Assembly (NCBI RefSeq): GCF_009914755.1
Contig: NC_060925.1
Source: the human T2T-CHM13v2.0 reference genome, Homo sapiens
Length of the DNA: 64,000 nucleotides
Reading direction: 5' to 3' (one strand)
Below, in pieces: positions 56,551 through 64,000 of the stretch. The position numbers and the translations under genes are program-made. Below the pieces are notes generated by a model. It saw nothing but the letters and a program-made list of their open reading frames with translations. It had not been told where the DNA came from and ran no database searches. Positions within the stretch are counted from its first letter, which is position 1, and each line of letters starts with the position of its first letter.

Positions 56551-56945
56551 ACTTACTGCGACAGAAAACGAAAAACCAAAACCATGTAACCAAACAACTT
56601 GGAGCATCTGTTCTGCCCATGTTTTTAATCTGTCCACATATTCCTCTTCTGAATTCCATGAAAAATGACTGGTTTTCAATTCATTTGGAAGTTAGCTATA
56701 TATGGCCTTGGTATACCACCTCTATTATTTTATTGCAACTTAATTTGCATATGGGTATATTATTCCCCTTTCAGTAATAAGTAACACACCATTCCTCACT
56801 TGGCTTTTTCCTGTTTTCACCCATCCCACAAGACTCAGGTCTTGCATTACTTACTCCCAGAAGGCTTCCTTGCCTCATCCCCACCTTGAATTTGTGTTTG
56901 GTGCACTTCCTGGGCCTCCACAGCCGCCTGAGTTCATCCTCATAA

Positions 56946-57851
<906 letters not shown>

Positions 57852-58320
57852 CTACACAGTGCATGCCATGAAGCAAACGCCTAAGTATGTTCCTGTAATC
57901 AGGTAATAAATAACCATGTGAGAGTCCAGAGCTGCAGGCTCCACTCCTGGCTCTGTGACCACATGTGGGCTTTTCAGTGAGGCCCTACACACCTCTGGTT
58001 ATCAGGTTCTTTAACTCTAAATCAAGGAGGCTGAACTGAAACTATGATGACCCTTTCAGCTCCAAAGTCCCACTGCTCTGTCATTCTGATTCTTTGTGTC
58101 TCCCACAAAATCTAGGACAACTCTGGAAGGACACAGTAGGTTCTCAATGAATGTCTATTCATTTGACTGTAGTAATCCTGGATAGTGGATGATGGACTTA
58201 AAAAAAAAAAAAACAGCCCAACGCTAAAATTTTCTGTAGCTGCTGGGAGTCCAGCTAGATATTCTGGATAACAGACACAGTGGGGACCAAATACCCTGAG
58301 AGCAAGGAAGTAAGATGTGA

Positions 58321-58652
<332 letters not shown>

Positions 58653-59052
58653 TAATAATTTTAAAAATATGGCCCAAAGGCTTCAGATTTATGGCAATCA
58701 ATCTTAGGTAACTTATTTGGATATGCACTTTGTTCAAGTAAGTGAGTGAACACACAAAAAAAGTTGGAGAGGGATAGAAAATGAGAGGAGAAAAGAGGAG
58801 AAAGGATTCAAAGTTGCAAACTTTAAGACAAATCAATCAGAAAGTAGATATCAACACTGCAGAAGGATTTTCCATTTTACACAAGGAATACAAGCTTGCA
58901 TTGAACAGTAAATAGGATGTTTTTATTTTGCTAAATTTGGCTTACATCTAAATTTTTAAAAACAAATCCATCAAATAAAGCAAAGTATGTATTTAATTAC
59001 ATTTGCAAAAGTTTATCTGAATCATTTCCAGTTGTTAAAATAGCTACCATGA

Positions 59053-59475
<423 letters not shown>

Positions 59476-59521
59476 TACCTATTTTTTTATTTTTAAAAAT
59501 GTATATTAAAAAAATTTTAAT

Positions 59522-59609
59522 AAATATGAGACACTTCACAAATTTGTGTGTCATCCTTGCACAGGCGCCATGCTAATCTGCTCTGTATTGTTCCAGCTTT
59601 TAGTATATG
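59522..59609 (-). pseudogene. U6 snRNA retropseudogene (5' GTGCTC remnant at 59918-59923, beyond an Alu)
   Basis: aaatatgagacacttcacaaatttgtgtgtcatccttgcacaggcgccatgctaatctgctctgtattgttcca...tagtatatg is antisense U6 with CpG decay. Confidence 0.93.
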
Positions 59610-59615
59610 ATAACT

Positions 59616-61078
<1,463 letters not shown>

Positions 61079-61105
61079 TAAACATTTTTAGAATATAAGA
61101 ATAAA

Positions 61106-61433
<328 letters not shown>

Positions 61434-61843
61434 TTATGTGTTTAAAGGTATTCTAGAAAAACAGTGACTTGCACATTCAAATATAATTATCATTGCCTCT
61501 AAGATTATTTATTGTCACAGTAGAAAGTCCCCCGTAACATACACACACACAAATAATGTATGATTTCTAGCTCTATGTTTGTCACTGGTGTTAACTGAAG
61601 TCTTGCTTGAATTTTCTATTTAAACTTAGAGAATGTTGTTAAACACAAAACAATCATTAAAAAAAAACTAGTAAGAAAACTAATGGTCAAAGAATTATTT
61701 AACATGCTCGTATAGTATAACATTCTTTACTAGAGTTAAGTGAAATAACTTGTTAAGGCAAAAGCTTATCAAAGTGGCATCTTTGACAGGCTCAATCTTC
61801 CTAAAAGAAGCCATAGGGAATAGTGGCTAGGGGCAAAAAATAA

Positions 61844-62625
<782 letters not shown>

Positions 62626-62769
62626 AACATTTGCTATTATTATTAGTGAGACAGAAGATAGGACTGGAATATTCAAATGAGATAATATCTATATATAAGG
62701 ACAATATACATTTTTATTCTACTTTCTGCCAGCTCTCTGTGAATGTTCTGACAAGCCCAATTTTCTTTT

Positions 62770-63389
<620 letters not shown>

Positions 63390-63637
63390 TAAGCCTCCTT
63401 TCTGCCTCAGGATGTTAAGTCCTCCACAAACAGACTGTCCCATTCCAACTCTGCAAACTCTGTCCTGCCTACTTATGTGAAATTAATGATCGCTAAAATG
63501 TCATAGGTGTTACCGAGGGCAAGAGAAAAATATTTAAGGGACATGGCACACAGTATTGATTGCTTACCCCAACCTATTCTCTTTCTTCCTTGCCAACAGA
63601 CACCCAATTTTTCCTCTCTAGAAAAGTAACCCTATAA

Positions 63638-64000
<363 letters not shown>

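Overview
Primate (human-like) genomic DNA that is extremely Alu-dense: about 100 Alu/FLAM/FAM pieces, roughly 40-50% of the window by eye, on an AT-rich unique background. I recognise no protein-coding gene; nearly every ORF in the track comes from an Alu, LTR or microsatellite. The window reads as intronic or intergenic. Supported non-Alu features are a solo ERV9 LTR12(C-like) inserted into an Alu, MLT1/LTR33/MER4-group LTR relics, L1M/L2/MIR relics, DNA-transposon fossils (MADE1, MARNA, two Tigger4, MER30, MER58A, MER3), and U13 (SNORD13) and U6 retropseudogenes. The most unusual signal is a set of local inverted, templated duplications at four scales: (i) a ~165-bp unique segment (55097-55260) copied in reverse into the middle of an Alu 2 kb away, with an A-rich tail and TSD-like ends; (ii) a ~150-bp L1MC segment duplicated into a near-perfect hairpin (32394-32847); (iii) a fold-back rearrangement at the U13 pseudogene 3' end; (iv) a 13-bp fold-back inside an Alu. 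There are also weak splice-signal candidates, including a recursive-splice-like site. Repeat family and subfamily calls were made by eye from remembered consensus motifs, and boundaries are approximate. I found no convincing new gene system.
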